Source: Tubiluchus corallicola
Lineage: Eukaryota > Animalia > Priapulida
Direction: 5' to 3'
Assembly (NCBI GenBank): GCA_030141605.1
Contig: JAQGDQ010000544.1
Location: 1-64,000, forward strand
DNA: 64,000 bases
Shown piece after piece: positions 1-13,013 of the stretch. Within the stretch, counting starts at the first letter, position 1, and each line of letters opens with the position of its first letter. The position numbers and the translations under genes are program-made. The notes under the pieces were generated by a model. It worked only from the letters and a program-made list of their open reading frames with translations, searched no databases and was not told the origin of the DNA.

Positions 1-200
1 CTTTGATCTAACAGCAATATCTTCAAAGTGTCATCGTTTTCTCGCTTCATAATATTTTTTCACAAATTATTTTGCCTCTACTCTATTAAGGAATCCAATG
101 ATGGTATACACAAATCAAGTAGTGCTAAATCATTTGTAACTAACCATCTGATTCCAGCCATACTTTTTACCATCTTCATGTATTCACTCTTCAGTAATTT
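1..200 (-). mobile_element. Non-LTR retrotransposon fragment, same family as 1249-3022
   Basis: Minus strand reads YMKMVKSMAGIRWLVTNDLALLDLCIPSLDSLIE, aligning by eye with HMKMVKSMVGVR*SVTNDTVLFDCCIPLLDSSIE at ~2120-2225 on +. Confidence 0.75.
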
Positions 201-665
201 TAAAATTAAAGTAAAGGTGTAGTTTTATGTAATCAAATTTCTTACAGAATTCGGAAATCATTAATTGCTTCAAAATTATATACCATAACTACTACGACAG
301 TTCTATAACAAACTTGTAGAGTAAGTAATTGTTCTTTTGTGAGCATGGCTTATAAACAAAACTCTGGGTTAGTAATAGACTTACACGTGACAAGAGGGAA
401 CGACATTTCTGTTTGAGTGTCATTGAAATTCTATTTCACATGTATATTTTAATTTGCGCAACTTTGATCTTTTACTTAAGTATAATTTAACATTTCCTGT
501 TCCAGTATTTCATCATTTTCTTACGTCACTGACACATCTGTACTTTATAGATTCAGTTAGACTTAACTTTTTTCGCATTTATTTCAAAGCGTTTTATGTT
601 TTTTGTTTCGGTCTGTTTTTTATAGGCGTCTATACTGTGATAGGCCACATTCTTGCTTTGTTTTA

Positions 666-1109
666 TGTGACCATCTGGAGTTAATTAAAGCAATTAAGGC
701 ATAACTAACTGAGACAAGGTTTTATACAAAATGAAGAAAAGCAGAACAAAGAAATAAAGTAAAGAAACTGGTACCTAGCTCCCTGTGCAGCTGGTAACAG
801 AAAAACTAAATCTGGTCGGACGAAACACAAGCGCCACCAACTCTGCACCAGCGAAGAACCACCAACTCTGCACAACCCGATTACCACTGTAGCTGCAAAG
901 TACAGCGGGTTTTTACACTCCCTTTATAACCTTCCCCAAAGTAGTGTACAGAGACAGTGTACATGTCAGTGACAGAGCCAAAATGAAACCTAATTGCTTG
1001 AAAGCAAAAGATGTGAAGATTTAGCCAATAGGAGCCGAAATATTTGCAGAAGAACAATTCAGAAGACTTAGGTTTGAACTACTGGTACTTTTAGGGGTGA
1101 CGTGTAACA
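666..1109 (-). mobile_element. Possible solo LTR
   Basis: ~444 bp bounded by TGT...ACA (tgtgac / gtaaca); TATA-like ttataaa on minus near 925; internal direct repeat ccaccaactctgcac. No TSD found. Confidence 0.35.
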
Positions 1110-1248
1110 CTAGTTTGGTAACCATTGCCATACTTTGGAAGAAAGGTAGAGGTTGTGCAGAGTGGACCGCCCAAGCGCCTGAGCTACAATATTTTTTTTG
1201 TATGCAATGTTCAGTTCTTTCTACAGGAATTCCTTCCGTTACAACAGT

Positions 1249-3022
1249 AATTACCGCGGAATTTCATTAATGAGGCTTTTAGCTAAATTGTTTGATATTA
1301 TTCTGTGTGAAAGATTCAAACCGTGGTTTGAGCCGTGTTATGAGCAATCTGCTATTCAACCCGGTCGCAGCTGTGCGAAACATGTATTAACTTTAAGAAT
1401 ATTAATTACACTGGTAAACGAGCTGAAATCACTTTAGTTTTGTTTTCCTTGATTTTAGCGCAGCATTCGATCAAGTTGCAAGGCGGATATTGTTTATGAA
1501 ACTTGCTAAACTTGGAATTGGTGCAACGTTCTTAAGTTCTTTTTGATAATACAGCATCAGACCCATTTGAGTCTAATGTTGGAATTCGACAGGGCGCCCC
1601 AAGCTCCCCATTGTTGTTTATCGCATACATAAATGTCCTGATTGTTTTATTTCGTAATACGTTTGATCCTGAGTATATTATTCATATGATTCATATCTAA
1701 ATTCATGCTGATGATACCAGTGTTATTGCGACATCAAGGGCTAAGCTAATACAAAAGTTACAATTTGTTGAAAATTATTATGTAAACAAAATATTGTTGC
1801 AGCCTACTAAGTGTCAGTTTTTGTGTTCTAACCCTACTGACCAGATAATATAATTCATTAGTGCTACGCACCGGTACGACAAAGCATAAATATTCCGTTA
1901 CTTATCTCGGATCAAGAATATCCAAGAACTTGTCTTTAAAAAAGGTATTCTGGAAGAATTTAAATCAAAGTGGTATAATTGCGTATATTTTACAACTTTT
2001 TTCGTGAAAATCCTTATATACCACTATGTACAAAAATATCTTATTTGCCTGTGTAACCAGCACATTATTGTATAACTGTGAAACATGGGGGAGAGAACAC
2101 TGTAATCTGCTAAAACAGATCATATGAAAATGGTAAAAAGTATGGTTGGGGTCAGATAGTCGGTCACTAATGATACAGTACTGTTTGATTGTTGTATACC
2201 CTTATTAGATTCCTCAATTGAACAAAGACAAATTCATTTTCAGAATAGCATCACGAAACGGAATAGTGAAGATATTCTAAAACGGTTAATCTTAGATTGA
2301 CTAACTTAGAACAACGGTAAATATGTAACCTATTATAAATCTCTTTTTGATAAGTATAGAACTGCAACTAACAGAAAGCGAATGAGAAAAGAAGATTTAA
2401 AGAATTGTATAAGTTTACAGGCTTCTCAAGGAAAGTCGAAATACGTGTAACTATGTAAATATTAATCCAAATTTAGTGTCAAGGTTTTACGATGAGAGAA
2501 AATTGTTTACTAATGCATATAAAAACATTGTACGTTTGCGATCAATATCTCAATATTTAGCTATCAAAAAAGTTCGTTGGCAACATAAACCTAGAGAAGA
2601 TAGATTATGTGAGTATTGTAAACCCATGTTACTAATTGAGTGTGAAAAACATTTCATTTTGAATTGTAAAAGAGCGGCATTGGTACTAAACTATGTCATG
2701 TTGGGAATTGAAACTTTCGAGATTTAATCGGCAATTTCGATGATATACACAAATTCATGTAATATTTGCTTTGTACTCGGGTGTAATTTTAAACATAAAC
2801 GAGTAGTGCGGTTTATTATATGGGTAAATAGTTCATTAGCTGCCTGTAATAACGTTCATAATTTGTTAAAAATCTATAGGGTGCAGATTTCACGCGGTAT
2901 ATGTCACGAAATTGTAAAAAATGCTCCAAATGTATTTCTGTAAATGTAAAAATTGTTATGTAAAATTTAAACTGGTTGTTATGAAACTTAGAGAATAAAC
3001 ATTACTACTTCTTACTACTACT
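1249..3022 (+). mobile_element. 5'-truncated decayed non-LTR retrotransposon (RTE-X/RTE-like reverse transcriptase)
   Basis: Colinear RT motifs across stops and frameshifts: NYRGISLM..LAKLF, QSAIQPGRSC, DFSAAFD, GIRQGAPSSPLLF, HADDT, YLGS, LLYNCETW, then a C-terminal knuckle EDRLCEYC..ECEKHFILNC, AATAAA and a (TAC)n-like tail at ~2994-3022. Confidence 0.92.
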
Positions 3023-3924
3023 GTAGAAACGTTCTGAAATTAAAGAGTGAATATTACTCGAGTTATATTCCTTTACTTCTCCTTACTAAGCAACGGTACG
3101 GTAAAGGTACATAATCGCATGTTTTCATCTTATAAGCGCAAACCTTACACGTTTCCTAAAATTGATTCTTTTGCGCATAATTGGACTAAACACGGTGCTT
3201 CGCGAGGTGCAAAATTTTTAATTATAAGTCAATGAAGTGTGCAGTAAAGATAATAAACTAGTGATGAAGCTAAAGAATGGCTTCTCAAAAGCGAATTATT
3301 GGTGGATGCTCGGTTTAATGCAATCGCGTGGCACAGAAGATACGGCTTTTGTCTTTTTTTTTTTCGTTCGTGTCTGTATTAAAACATAGGAAATGCCGTA
3401 CTTTTCCCAGTTTTTTAAACGACAGGAAAAGACGTTTTATGCCAGGTTTTTTGGAGAACAATCAAAAAATATTTTGTTTTTAATTCAAATAGAAACGGGC
3501 AAAAAATTGAAAAGCAATTAATACCATGATGGAAAATTACCAATTCTATAATTAATTATAATTGCATTTTTGTAATTACTAAGATCAGGCGGTGGTTAAC
3601 TTTTTTTCAGCTGGCGGAAACTCAAACGTCAAAGTATTCTGGACTTGAATGTGTAAAATTTGTATTCGTGATTGTGCTGACTTCAAAAAATTTATTCTCT
3701 TTGAAGTTGCCCGAAAATTGCGAGCAAATAAGGTAGCACCAGCACACTGAAGAATTTCGAAGTGGGTGAACTTGTTTTTGAAATTTTGCTGCAGATTTTT
3801 TTAGTTGGGTAAATATGGCATTATTGACATCATTAGGTTGTTTTAGAAGAATATTTAAGGTTAATATGAACAAGCTAGCATCCCAGTAAGCTATAGCCTA
3901 GCACACGCGCGTTTGAGCCTAGAG

Positions 3925-4225
3925 CAGGGAGTCGCCGGTTTACGACCTATGCATCTTACGACTGTTCGACTTTACAACTCGAGGACATCTTAATTAGTTA
4001 ATTATACGAAATTAAATACAACTCACATTTCCTTCTACTTTTTTAAACAAATTAACTTTAAATCATTGTTCGTTTCGATAAATTCATCTGTAGGCCACCG
4101 ACATTCTTGGTGCACGCGCACACAAGGTCATACGTGTAGGGGGCGCACCGCTTTAATATACGGGTCCGACTTGGGTCCAATTCGCCTTACGGCCAGAACC
4201 ATCACGGTTGAATCGAGTGGACGCT
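3925..4225. mobile_element. Degenerate pogo/Tigger-like MITE remnant
   Basis: Starts cagggagtcgccggtttacgacc with repeated tt(c)g(a)cttacga-type motifs like pogo/Tigger TIRs; right end unclear. Confidence 0.35.
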
Positions 4226-4661
4226 ATCAGTAAGTACAAGAACAAGAACAACAACGCAAGCAAGTACTAGAACCCCTATTCTGGGATGCAAAAATACTTT
4301 TGACAAAATTCTAAGGTGATCTTAGTCGATAATTTGAAAGGGAGATTAAAAATCAATGCAAATAAGCTGACTTGAAAGCCAAGTTGCTTTTGACTGGAGT
4401 CGACTGTAGAGGCTTCCAGATCAATTAAGATGCAGACGACAAAAAGACTAAAATCTCATCCGGAAGGAAGCGGGACTACCAAAGCGAGAGCATTTGTGGC
4501 ATGAAGTTGATGTGCAAATTAAGTATTAATAGGTAGGAAATTTAAAAATACAGCTTAAATGAAAAATAATTTGAAAAAACTTTTTTACATCATTTAAGAC
4601 GTTTCTGCACACTATTTACCAAAGGCAAAATTTTTTGTACAAGTTAATCCACGAGGAGATA

Positions 4662-4990
4662 GTGTGTGGTGGCTGAAGCTAAAAATGGCTCTATAGCTGG
4701 TGAATTACATGGTTCGATTCTCACTCTTGGCGGTTTCAATTGCCATTCTGATGCTGGCAGTTAACTCATTTACAGGGAGGACGTACGCATACTGGAACGT
4801 AGCCAACGTGCACATTCTGGTTCGGTGGCTCATTTTAGAAGCATGACGTTGATATTGAGGTTCCGGTCTCCCCTCCCCAAGTTATGAACATCCGGTTTGA
4901 GTAGAACCCGCTGTTCTGTGCTGGATTCCGGCTTGCAAAGCTGTTCATCATTAACCGCCTCCAATTTGCTAAAAGAAAATATTAGACTGG
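4662..4990 (+). mobile_element. Degenerate tRNA-derived SINE
   Basis: A-box-like gtggctgaag and B-box ggttcgattc (~4711-4720), followed by a GC-richer body; no cloverleaf. Confidence 0.35.
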
Positions 4991-5139
4991 TGGTCCCTCG
5001 CTTTTAAATGTTACAATTTATGCTCTGAATAATTGAACATTTGCACTATCAACACTTGCGTCGCTGAACTATGTAAAAAATCATGGAAAGAATAGAATTT
5101 AAAATGCGCATTAGCAGTAGAGAAATCATTTTTTATTTA

Positions 5140-5788
5140 CTTAGTATCCCTCTCCTTACATGTGTTGATTACGTAGACTTAGTCCTCCTCTCCCTACACG
5201 TGTTGACTACGTAGACTTAGTCCTCCTCTCCCTACACGTGTTGACTACGTGGACTTAGTCCTCCTCTCCTTACACGTGTTGACTACGTGGACTTAGTCCT
5301 CCTCTCCTTACACGTGTTGACTACGTAGACTTAGTCCTCCTCTCCCTACACGTGTTGACTACGTGAACTTAGTCCTCCTCTCCCTACACGTGTTGACTAC
5401 GTGGACTTAGTCCTCCTCTCCCTACACGTGTTGACTGCGTGGACTTAGTCCTTCTCTTCACACACGTGTTGACTACGTGGACTTAGTCCTGCTCTCCCTA
5501 CACGCGTTGACTACGTGGACTTAGTCCTCCTCTCCACACACGTGTTGATTACGTGGACTTATACTCCTCTCCATACACGTGTTGACTACGTGGACTTAGT
5601 CATCCTCTCCCTACACGTGTTGACTACGTGGACTTAGTCCTCCTCTCCACACACGTGTTGACTACGTGGACTTAGTCCTCCTCTCCCTACACGTGTTGAC
5701 TACGTGGACTTAGTCCTTCTCTCCACACACGTGTTGACTACGTGGACTAGTCCTCCTCTCCCTATACGTGTTGATTAGGTAGACTTAG
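5140..5788. repeat. 38-bp minisatellite, ~17 copies
   Basis: Unit cttagtcctcctctccctacacgtgttgactacgtgga; period 38 (starts 5178, 5216...); no spacers. Confidence 0.97.
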
Positions 5789-6090
5789 CAATTCATGCGC
5801 CTTCATCGATAACGGGCCCCTTTAGCTAAATATAAAAAGAATGGAAAGTGACTAAGTTGCCTCACTCGCTGACATAATTTATACAGGCATTACGCAAATT
5901 AGGGTGATATATTTTCGCAGAATATTTAAGCAACTTGGTGATCAATTATGTTAGCTTTCACCAAGTCTTGTCGATGAAACACAATCAGCTTAGCTGTGTC
6001 GGTTAGTACTGTACAAAAGCTTCATGCGCATCAATAAGCTGTCCTTCGAAATTTTTCGATGCCTTAGTTGTCTTCCGGCACCTACGTTAA

Positions 6091-6627
6091 AGGAAGACAG
6101 GATGATTTTTCATATACTACCCTATTTTCATGTCGGATAAAAAGTATACATTTGAACACAATTAATACTGCAAAAGCGTTTCAAATAATTAAATAATAGA
6201 TTAAAATCTTATTCAAACGAACACAAACATCACAAACGAACATAATTTTCAACAGCAAAAATATTCCACGAGCTTGTTGCACGTGTAAGTGAAAATTGAA
6301 GTACATTGCTACTGTAAGATATTCAGTGTGTTGTAACAAAACTAGGCAAGTTTTAAGATAAAAATTCAAATTTCAAATTTACCGCTGTGCTCACGCATGA
6401 GCTGTCGAACGTGTGCAGTTTGTTACAAACTAACACATCTGATCTGAGTGCTACATCACCTGTTTTTTGTGCCCGTCTAACTAGCGAATGGCGAAATGCA
6501 TGTAACAGCAAAGAACTAGTGGCGCGAAATTGTATTTGTGTCAAAATAATTCTTTCGCATGTCATTTTTGAAAAAATAGGATGTTTCCTTTCAATATTTT
6601 AAAGATTGAAGATAATCAAGTTTTGCT
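6091..6627 (+). mobile_element. Kolobok-like non-autonomous DNA transposon, copy 1 of 7
   Basis: TTAA|AGGAAGACAGGAT ... TTTTGCT|TTAA; body shared with the six other copies. Confidence 0.8.
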
Positions 6628-6949
6628 TTAATTATTTACGCACTGCACTTTGGAAGCAGCAACTGATCGAAACGTCACACAACCGTCAGCTCTGATAATC
6701 AACGACAAGAGTGGAGTTGAAATTACCTTTAAGACTTGAACATTTTGTCCCCATCAAGTTTGGAATAGTCAGTAAGAAGACTCGTAGATTCACGTGATTG
6801 TCATGTGTATAGTAGACTAAAAAACCACAACAGTTTCGAGTTGTTTAACAACGGTTGAATGTATGCCAATTTTCGCAAATCGAAAATATGAAGACAGTTT
6901 TCGTATTCATTCGACGAGTTCTTTTATTAACAGCCTAATGTTACGTGTC

Positions 6950-7556
6950 CGAGCATTAATCGCTTCAAAGTTATGAAACGTTTTAGAAAGTTTCGTTAAG
7001 TATATATTATGTGTATATGGCTTTGAACATGTTTGGAATAACCAGACACCACTTTCACTACAAGCGACTACGTAATAAATTAGAAGATAAAATAAAAACT
7101 GATTACACCCTATTTTGGAAAAAGAAATCCACAATGATAACAAACCTGATGGACAAAACAAACTGCGAAAGTATCGAACCTCCAAAAAAACAATATCAAC
7201 TAGAAAACTAGTTACTTTGTGGTTATATCAAATATACCATAACAAAATTTAACTACGAAAAATCCCCGCTGAGAATCGTATATGCTCATACAGCTTAAGA
7301 AATGAAATCGAAGACGAATTACACTTTGTTATGAAATGCCCATATCAATTTATTTTAAATACTAATCATTAAACTTTTCATTTAAACAACTAAAATAACT
7401 AACAGGAAGATTTAATAATATTTTATTTATCAGTAATTCTTTTCTTGGTCCGTAGTGTCGCCATATTTCAAAATTGAAATTGTATGTATGTCTTGTTTTT
7501 TTCATGTATTGCATGTATTTTTGGCACTAATAAATATAAAATATGAAATATAAAAA
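6950..7556 (+). mobile_element. 3' fragment of a non-LTR retrotransposon (RTE-X-like C-terminus)
   Basis: IPAENRICSYSLRNEIEDELHFVMKCPY knuckle-type motif at ~7262-7345; AATAAA and A-rich tail at ~7528-7556. Confidence 0.75.
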
Positions 7557-8138
7557 CTCTCCACTGGGACATTGCAGTATTTGGCTGCGTGCGCTGATAA
7601 GTGACAAATAGTTGTTGTTAACAAACTATTATAATGTTGTTTACAAACATGATAAACAAACCAGCGAAGGACTGAAATTATAAATAATGAAAATCTAGGC
7701 AAGTAGTAAATAACCAACCCGGCAAGCAACCACCTTTTGAAAGAAATGATAATGAACTTTTAGCCGTGCGTTGAATTCTCTTTCTCGCGTATATTTTTGT
7801 GTAAAAATGGCAATAATTAATATGGGAATTAGTGACTGCAGGGAAATTTACACCTGTGTCGTGTCTCACAATGTATTTGATGAAAGAAAAGTGCGATGCA
7901 ATTATTTCAGAAATTTCTTGTAAAACGCAGCGCTAATCTCACCTTGAAATAGCGAGAGAAGTTTTCAGTTTCTCGGAAATTCCTCCCGGAACCCATGAAT
8001 CAGTGTTATCTTATAGTAATTTAATAAGGTAATGTTAATTTGTCTCTGTAGCTGTTGCCGAGTTGTCAATGGAGGATGATGCAGGTACAACTGTGCTGAA
8101 AATAGTAGTGAATTCAAGACTGCTGAAGGTTGGATATA

Positions 8139-8237
8139 TTACTACTACTGCTGCTGCTGCATTACGACGACGACGACGACGACGACGACAACAACAACAA
8201 CAACAACAATAATAATAATAATAATAATAATAATAAT
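8139..8237. repeat. Compound trinucleotide microsatellite (ACT)(GCT)(ACG)(ACA)(ATA)
   Basis: Seen directly; forms the (ATT)n tail of the adjacent minus-strand SINE. Confidence 0.95.
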
Positions 8238-8421
8238 TTCGTTTTGGTTATGGTCCACGAATAACACCTTAAGTAACTCAATGTTTATTTCCAAGGTATT
8301 ACCCGCATGTTACTTCGATAAGCTCGCGTGCTCGGTCGAAGAACCAAGTGGTACCGTTTGTAAGTCCTTGGTTTGACCCGGTCGGGAATTGAACCCGCGA
8401 CCTCCCGTGTGGGAAACGAGC
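8238..8421 (-). mobile_element. tRNA-derived SINE with conserved core (MetaSINE-like)
   Basis: Minus: ggaggtcgcgggttcaattcccgaccgggtcaaaccaaggacttacaaacggtacc; B box plus core shared with the copies at 15755 and 60601. Confidence 0.75.
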
Positions 8422-9524
8422 AATATTTAAATAATTATTATTTTTCACGTGTATATGTTTATGGCTCGGAACTTTGATTATGCAATGAAAAAATTTCGTT
8501 TAAATTCAGTTTAATTTACTTCAGTTAAACAAGCCACTACACAAAAATTCCACGGTAGCTGGAGTAGCATTTATATGAGAATACTCAAACATGACTAGAG
8601 GAGGCAGACGCTTTTCGTAACGTTAACAACAGCATTGTGTTTTTCAGGGCAAGTTTAGTTAATTTACACCTTTGGTTACGTTCTAATGGAATTGTGTTGT
8701 AAACTTGATCTGTTGAGCAATTTTACTGAGAAGATTCCCTACAGAGAAACACTTATGGCAGCTGTGTTGAAGTTGGCGATCATTTTAGAAATAGATAAAT
8801 TTACACGATTTATCCTCTCAGCAGTTGTGACACAGATGGTGAATCATTATTCTACAAAATACATATAATAGTGAAGATGATGAAGTTGATTAAAAATAAA
8901 TAAATGATAATGAGAATTGTCGAGAGATTGCTTTGATTTTTAATGGTTTTTAAAGCTATCAGACTGAAAAAGGTTTTTCATTTATTTTATGTGTTATCTA
9001 AAAGTCTCGGCAAGTGTAGCTAGAAAGAAATTTGTTGCAATTTATGATGAACACAAGAAGACAACAATTGATAGATTGGTGAGACGTTACATTTTGAGCA
9101 CAGAATATCTAAGTTTTAACTGCAAACAAACAATTTTAGTTTATCTAATCTGGCATTTTACGCTATCATTTGACAAGTTTACTATTATAATTAGCTACAG
9201 TGCACAGCAGACAAGTGAGAAAGCAAGTGCATTTCTCGTAGCAGAACGGCTGAGCAGGCTTGCATAGTCCTAACCTAGGAAATCCAGTTCAAGAAGCTCT
9301 TTACGACTAATTACGAAATTAATAGATTGTAACATTATCACACACATTAGCAAACACTGCCTGCTATTTCTAACATAGCTTTAAATTATTCTAGCGTAAC
9401 CTGTCATTACATTTGCCTTTCGTGACACGATTTAGATACGTATAGCAAAGTTAAACGATTAATAGCAATCGGAACGTCATTTCCGACTATGATAGGTGAT
9501 AATGATAATTATAAATAAAATAAC

Positions 9525-9596
9525 GATAACGATAATAATGATAATGATGGTAGTGATGATGATGATGATGATGATGATGAAGATGACGGTGATGAG
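9525..9596. repeat. (GAT)n microsatellite
   Basis: Seen directly. Confidence 0.9.
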
Positions 9597-10408
9597 CACT
9601 TATGATAAAAGTTGAAAGATAACATTTTACGTTTTCATGATTTTTGCTATCATATTTTTGCTTTTAAGGAAGCATACACAAAAACACCAACAAAAAACTG
9701 TAATAAAAATCTAGCTATAATTTGTAAGAAAGAAAAGAGCCCAAAGCAAAAGAAACAATTAAAATTGCGAAATTCAAACATTTAATGGCGGTTTTAAAGT
9801 AAGATTTTGAGAATAAAATGTCTCTTACGGTTGTTCAAAATCGTAGTAAATTAGAATATGTAAGTACATTAAAGTACATTAAATTTTACATTACATAGTG
9901 CACACTATTTATACATTTAACATTACGAAACACGAAACTAACATAACACGTATTACATTACATAATTTTTTTTAAAAAATTTCATTTTTAATCATTTCAA
10001 CTTTGACTGTAAATGACATCCTAATTGAAATACTTAATGGAACAAACGCAAACAATAGGAAACATAGCATGTGATCTATGTCAATGCTTATAAACATATG
10101 TTTCTGCATTTTACAGGCAAGAAAACGTACGTTCATGCGTGCGTTCTTGCGTGCATGCGTACGAGTAACCCAATACTTTGCATTTCGCACAGACATGTGT
10201 TAGACGGCGTTTATCGTTGCGATTTTTGACTGTGAATAACTCAGACCCGTAATCAGGCTTCTCTTGTGGTCGAACGCTTGAATAATGTTCAAATTATTCG
10301 TGTTTATTTTTGTGAAGCCGATGAATAATGAATGGAGCGCTTGTGAGTTTTACTGATGCAACATTATTTTGATAGACAATTTATTTCTCGCCGCTTGAAC
10401 TAAAACTG

Positions 10409-11424
10409 CATACAAACCAGCACAGTCGGGCGCATCATAGCTGGAAAGAGACGCACGCTATACAAATGCAAACCAATACAGCCGGGCGCATCCTAGCTGG
10501 TAAGAGGTGCACGCTATACAAACAAGCACAGTCAGTCCCATACTAGCTAGGAAGAGGTGCACGCTATACAAACCAGCACAGTCAGTCGCATACTAGCTAG
10601 GAAGAGGTGCACGCTATACAAACCAGCACAGTCAGTCGCATACTAGCTGGGAAGAGGTGCACGCTATACAAACCAGCGCAGTCAGTCGCATACTAGCTGG
10701 GAAGAGGAGCACGCTATACAAACCAGCACAGTCAGTCGCATACTAGCTGGGAAGAGGTGCACGCTATACAAATGCAAACCAATACAGCCGGGCACATACT
10801 AGCTGGGAAGAGGCGCACGCTATACAAACCAGCACAGTCAGTCGCATACTAGCTAGAAAGAGGTGCACGCTATACAAACCAGCACAGTCAGTCGCATACT
10901 AGCTGGGAAGAGGCGCACGCTATACAAACCAGCACAGTCAGTCGCATACTAGCTGGAAAGAGGAGCACACTGTACAAACCAGCACAGTCAGTCGCATACT
11001 AGCTGGAAAGAGGCGCACGCTATACAAACCAGCACAGTCAGTCGCATACTAGCTGGGAAGAGGAGCATGCTATACAAACCAGCACAGTCAGTCACATCCT
11101 AGCTGGGAAGAGGTGCACGCTATACAAACCAGCACAGTCAGTCGCATACTAGCTGGAAAGAGGAGCACGCTATACAAACCAGCACAGTCAGTCACATCCT
11201 AGCTGGGAAGAGGTGCACGCTATACAAACCAGCACAGTCAGTCGCATACTAGCTGGGAAGAGGTGCACGCTATACAAACCAGCACAGTCAGTCGCATACT
11301 AGCTGGGAAGAGGTGCACGCTATACAAACCAGCACAGTCAGTCGCATACTAGCTGGGAAGAAGTGCACGCTTTACAAACCAGCACAGTCAGTCGCATACT
11401 AGCTGGAAAGAGGCGCACACTGTA
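10409..11424. repeat. 50-bp minisatellite, ~20 copies, including two 56-bp variant units
   Basis: Unit tatacaaaccagcacagtcagtcgcatactagctgggaagaggtgcacgc; variants start at 10459 and 10765. Confidence 0.97.
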
Positions 11425-11699
11425 GCTGTGATGGTATACATTGTTGTTCTTTGTTCATTGTTTGTAATACGGGTGGTATAAAATTGTTGAAGCCACGGGC
11501 AAATCTCTTTTGAACGGTTGCCTGCAATGGTTTATTATTTTATTGTTAGTCGCGGATTCTGGCTACTTCAGAATTTGAGTCTACTCAAACAAAAGTTTCT
11601 GAATTTTAGATGAAAGTATGGATTTCGCAAATCAACAAATAGAGATTAATCCTTTCCACAGTCAATTACATTGACTACCACTGTTACTCTTGATCAAGA

Positions 11700-11780
11700 C
11701 AGAAAGAGAGAAAGCGAGAGTTATAGAGAGGGAGAGAGACAGAGCAATAGAAAGAGAGAGAGAAAGGCAGAGCAAAAAGA

Positions 11781-11827
<47 letters not shown>

Positions 11828-11832
11828 AAGAA

Positions 11833-11867
<35 letters not shown>

Positions 11868-11887
11868 GGGAGAGAGAAAAAGAAAGA
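11700..11887. repeat. (GA)n purine-rich tract
   Basis: Seen directly; explains the ER-repeat ORFs. Confidence 0.95.
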
Positions 11888-13013
11888 ATGGGATCAAGGA
11901 CGAAAAGGACTGTAGAAAGGAGTTACGTTCAGGTTTCTAGCCTAGTTTCCTGTCATCAACATCAAGTAAACAGCAGTGAGCGATAATTAATTCTTGGAAT
12001 AAATTAACCTTTAATACAAGCGCTGATACGTATATATCTAAACTTTTTAGAAATTTTTTTATCAATTAATTTTATTTAATTGCTAAATCAATTCAAGACA
12101 GCGGCTATTGCAACAATTTGAATTGAAAACGCGATAGTTGTAACTGTTATTGTTTTTTTCACGCTTTGATTTATGATTCACTTCATTTTCATTCACGTCG
12201 TGACACCAATAGACTGGATATGGCCACAGTAGTTGTGGGTAACCTTTCTGTTACTAGTAACCTGTATTGATGACAAATCGATACTATCGTTTTACCGCTT
12301 ATAAATGAATCTTAATGACATTGAAACCCCTTGAGCAGCAGAGGAACAGGAAAACCGTTTTAAGCCTCACGTTCCAGTATCTACACATCCTGATTTGGAT
12401 TGTTGTGACCATTTTAGGGATAAACTGTGACTATTGTCAGTATAATTACGTGGTATTGATAGTATATTTATCTACATTTATAGGAATAGTTATTGCTACA
12501 AATTTCCCTTTTATTTCCATTTATAATTTATCTCTTGGTCATTTTTAAGAGTGGGAGCAATAAAAGCAACTGAAGAATATAACAATATTAGCAAGCAGCT
12601 TATCGAGTGCAAACCTGATAATTTTATGTCCACTGCTTACGTATCATTCATTCGTTAAGTTCGGTTGTAAGGCTTTTGCTTAATTCATTTGAGCTTTTTC
12701 ACAAAACAAAACTGGTCTCCAACTTTCTTAATACGGTGTCAGTACAAAACAGTTATACCATTGTAAATGAGAGAGAAGTCTCCACATCTGAACGCGCCAT
12801 TACGTTTTAATAGATCTACTCAAACATTTTTGCAAGTTAATATAAAGGTTAAGTTTTAAATCGAAAACTTTTCAGTCGTCGGGAGGTTAATAAATGTGAA
12901 TATTAAAATTACCATGACATAAAGAGGTTAAATGCAGTCAGAGTGTGAGCATGTAAAATAATATGCAGCTTCATTATTTTTTGAGCCAGATAAAAAACTG
13001 CTCCGTTACAAAG

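Larger units (their letters stand above)
7911..9267 (+). pseudogene. Probable decayed ankyrin-repeat gene
   Basis: Colinear ankyrin-like pieces: KFLVKRSANLTLK*, AELSMEDDAGTTVLKIVV (exon-like 8052-8128), GKFS*FTPL after tttttcag, TLMAAV..(EVGDH)LEIDKF, PLSSCDTDGESL, IYDEHKKTTID; stops and frameshifts between them. Confidence 0.45.

Noticed and set aside
5140-5788. 38-bp array as a CRISPR array
   Set aside because: Units are contiguous with no unique spacers; no cas genes; eukaryotic context.
10409-11424. 50-bp array as CRISPR or a coding repeat
   Set aside because: No spacers; period is not a multiple of 3; no long ORF.
11671-11986. ER-rich ORFs
   Set aside because: Translations of the (GA)n tract.
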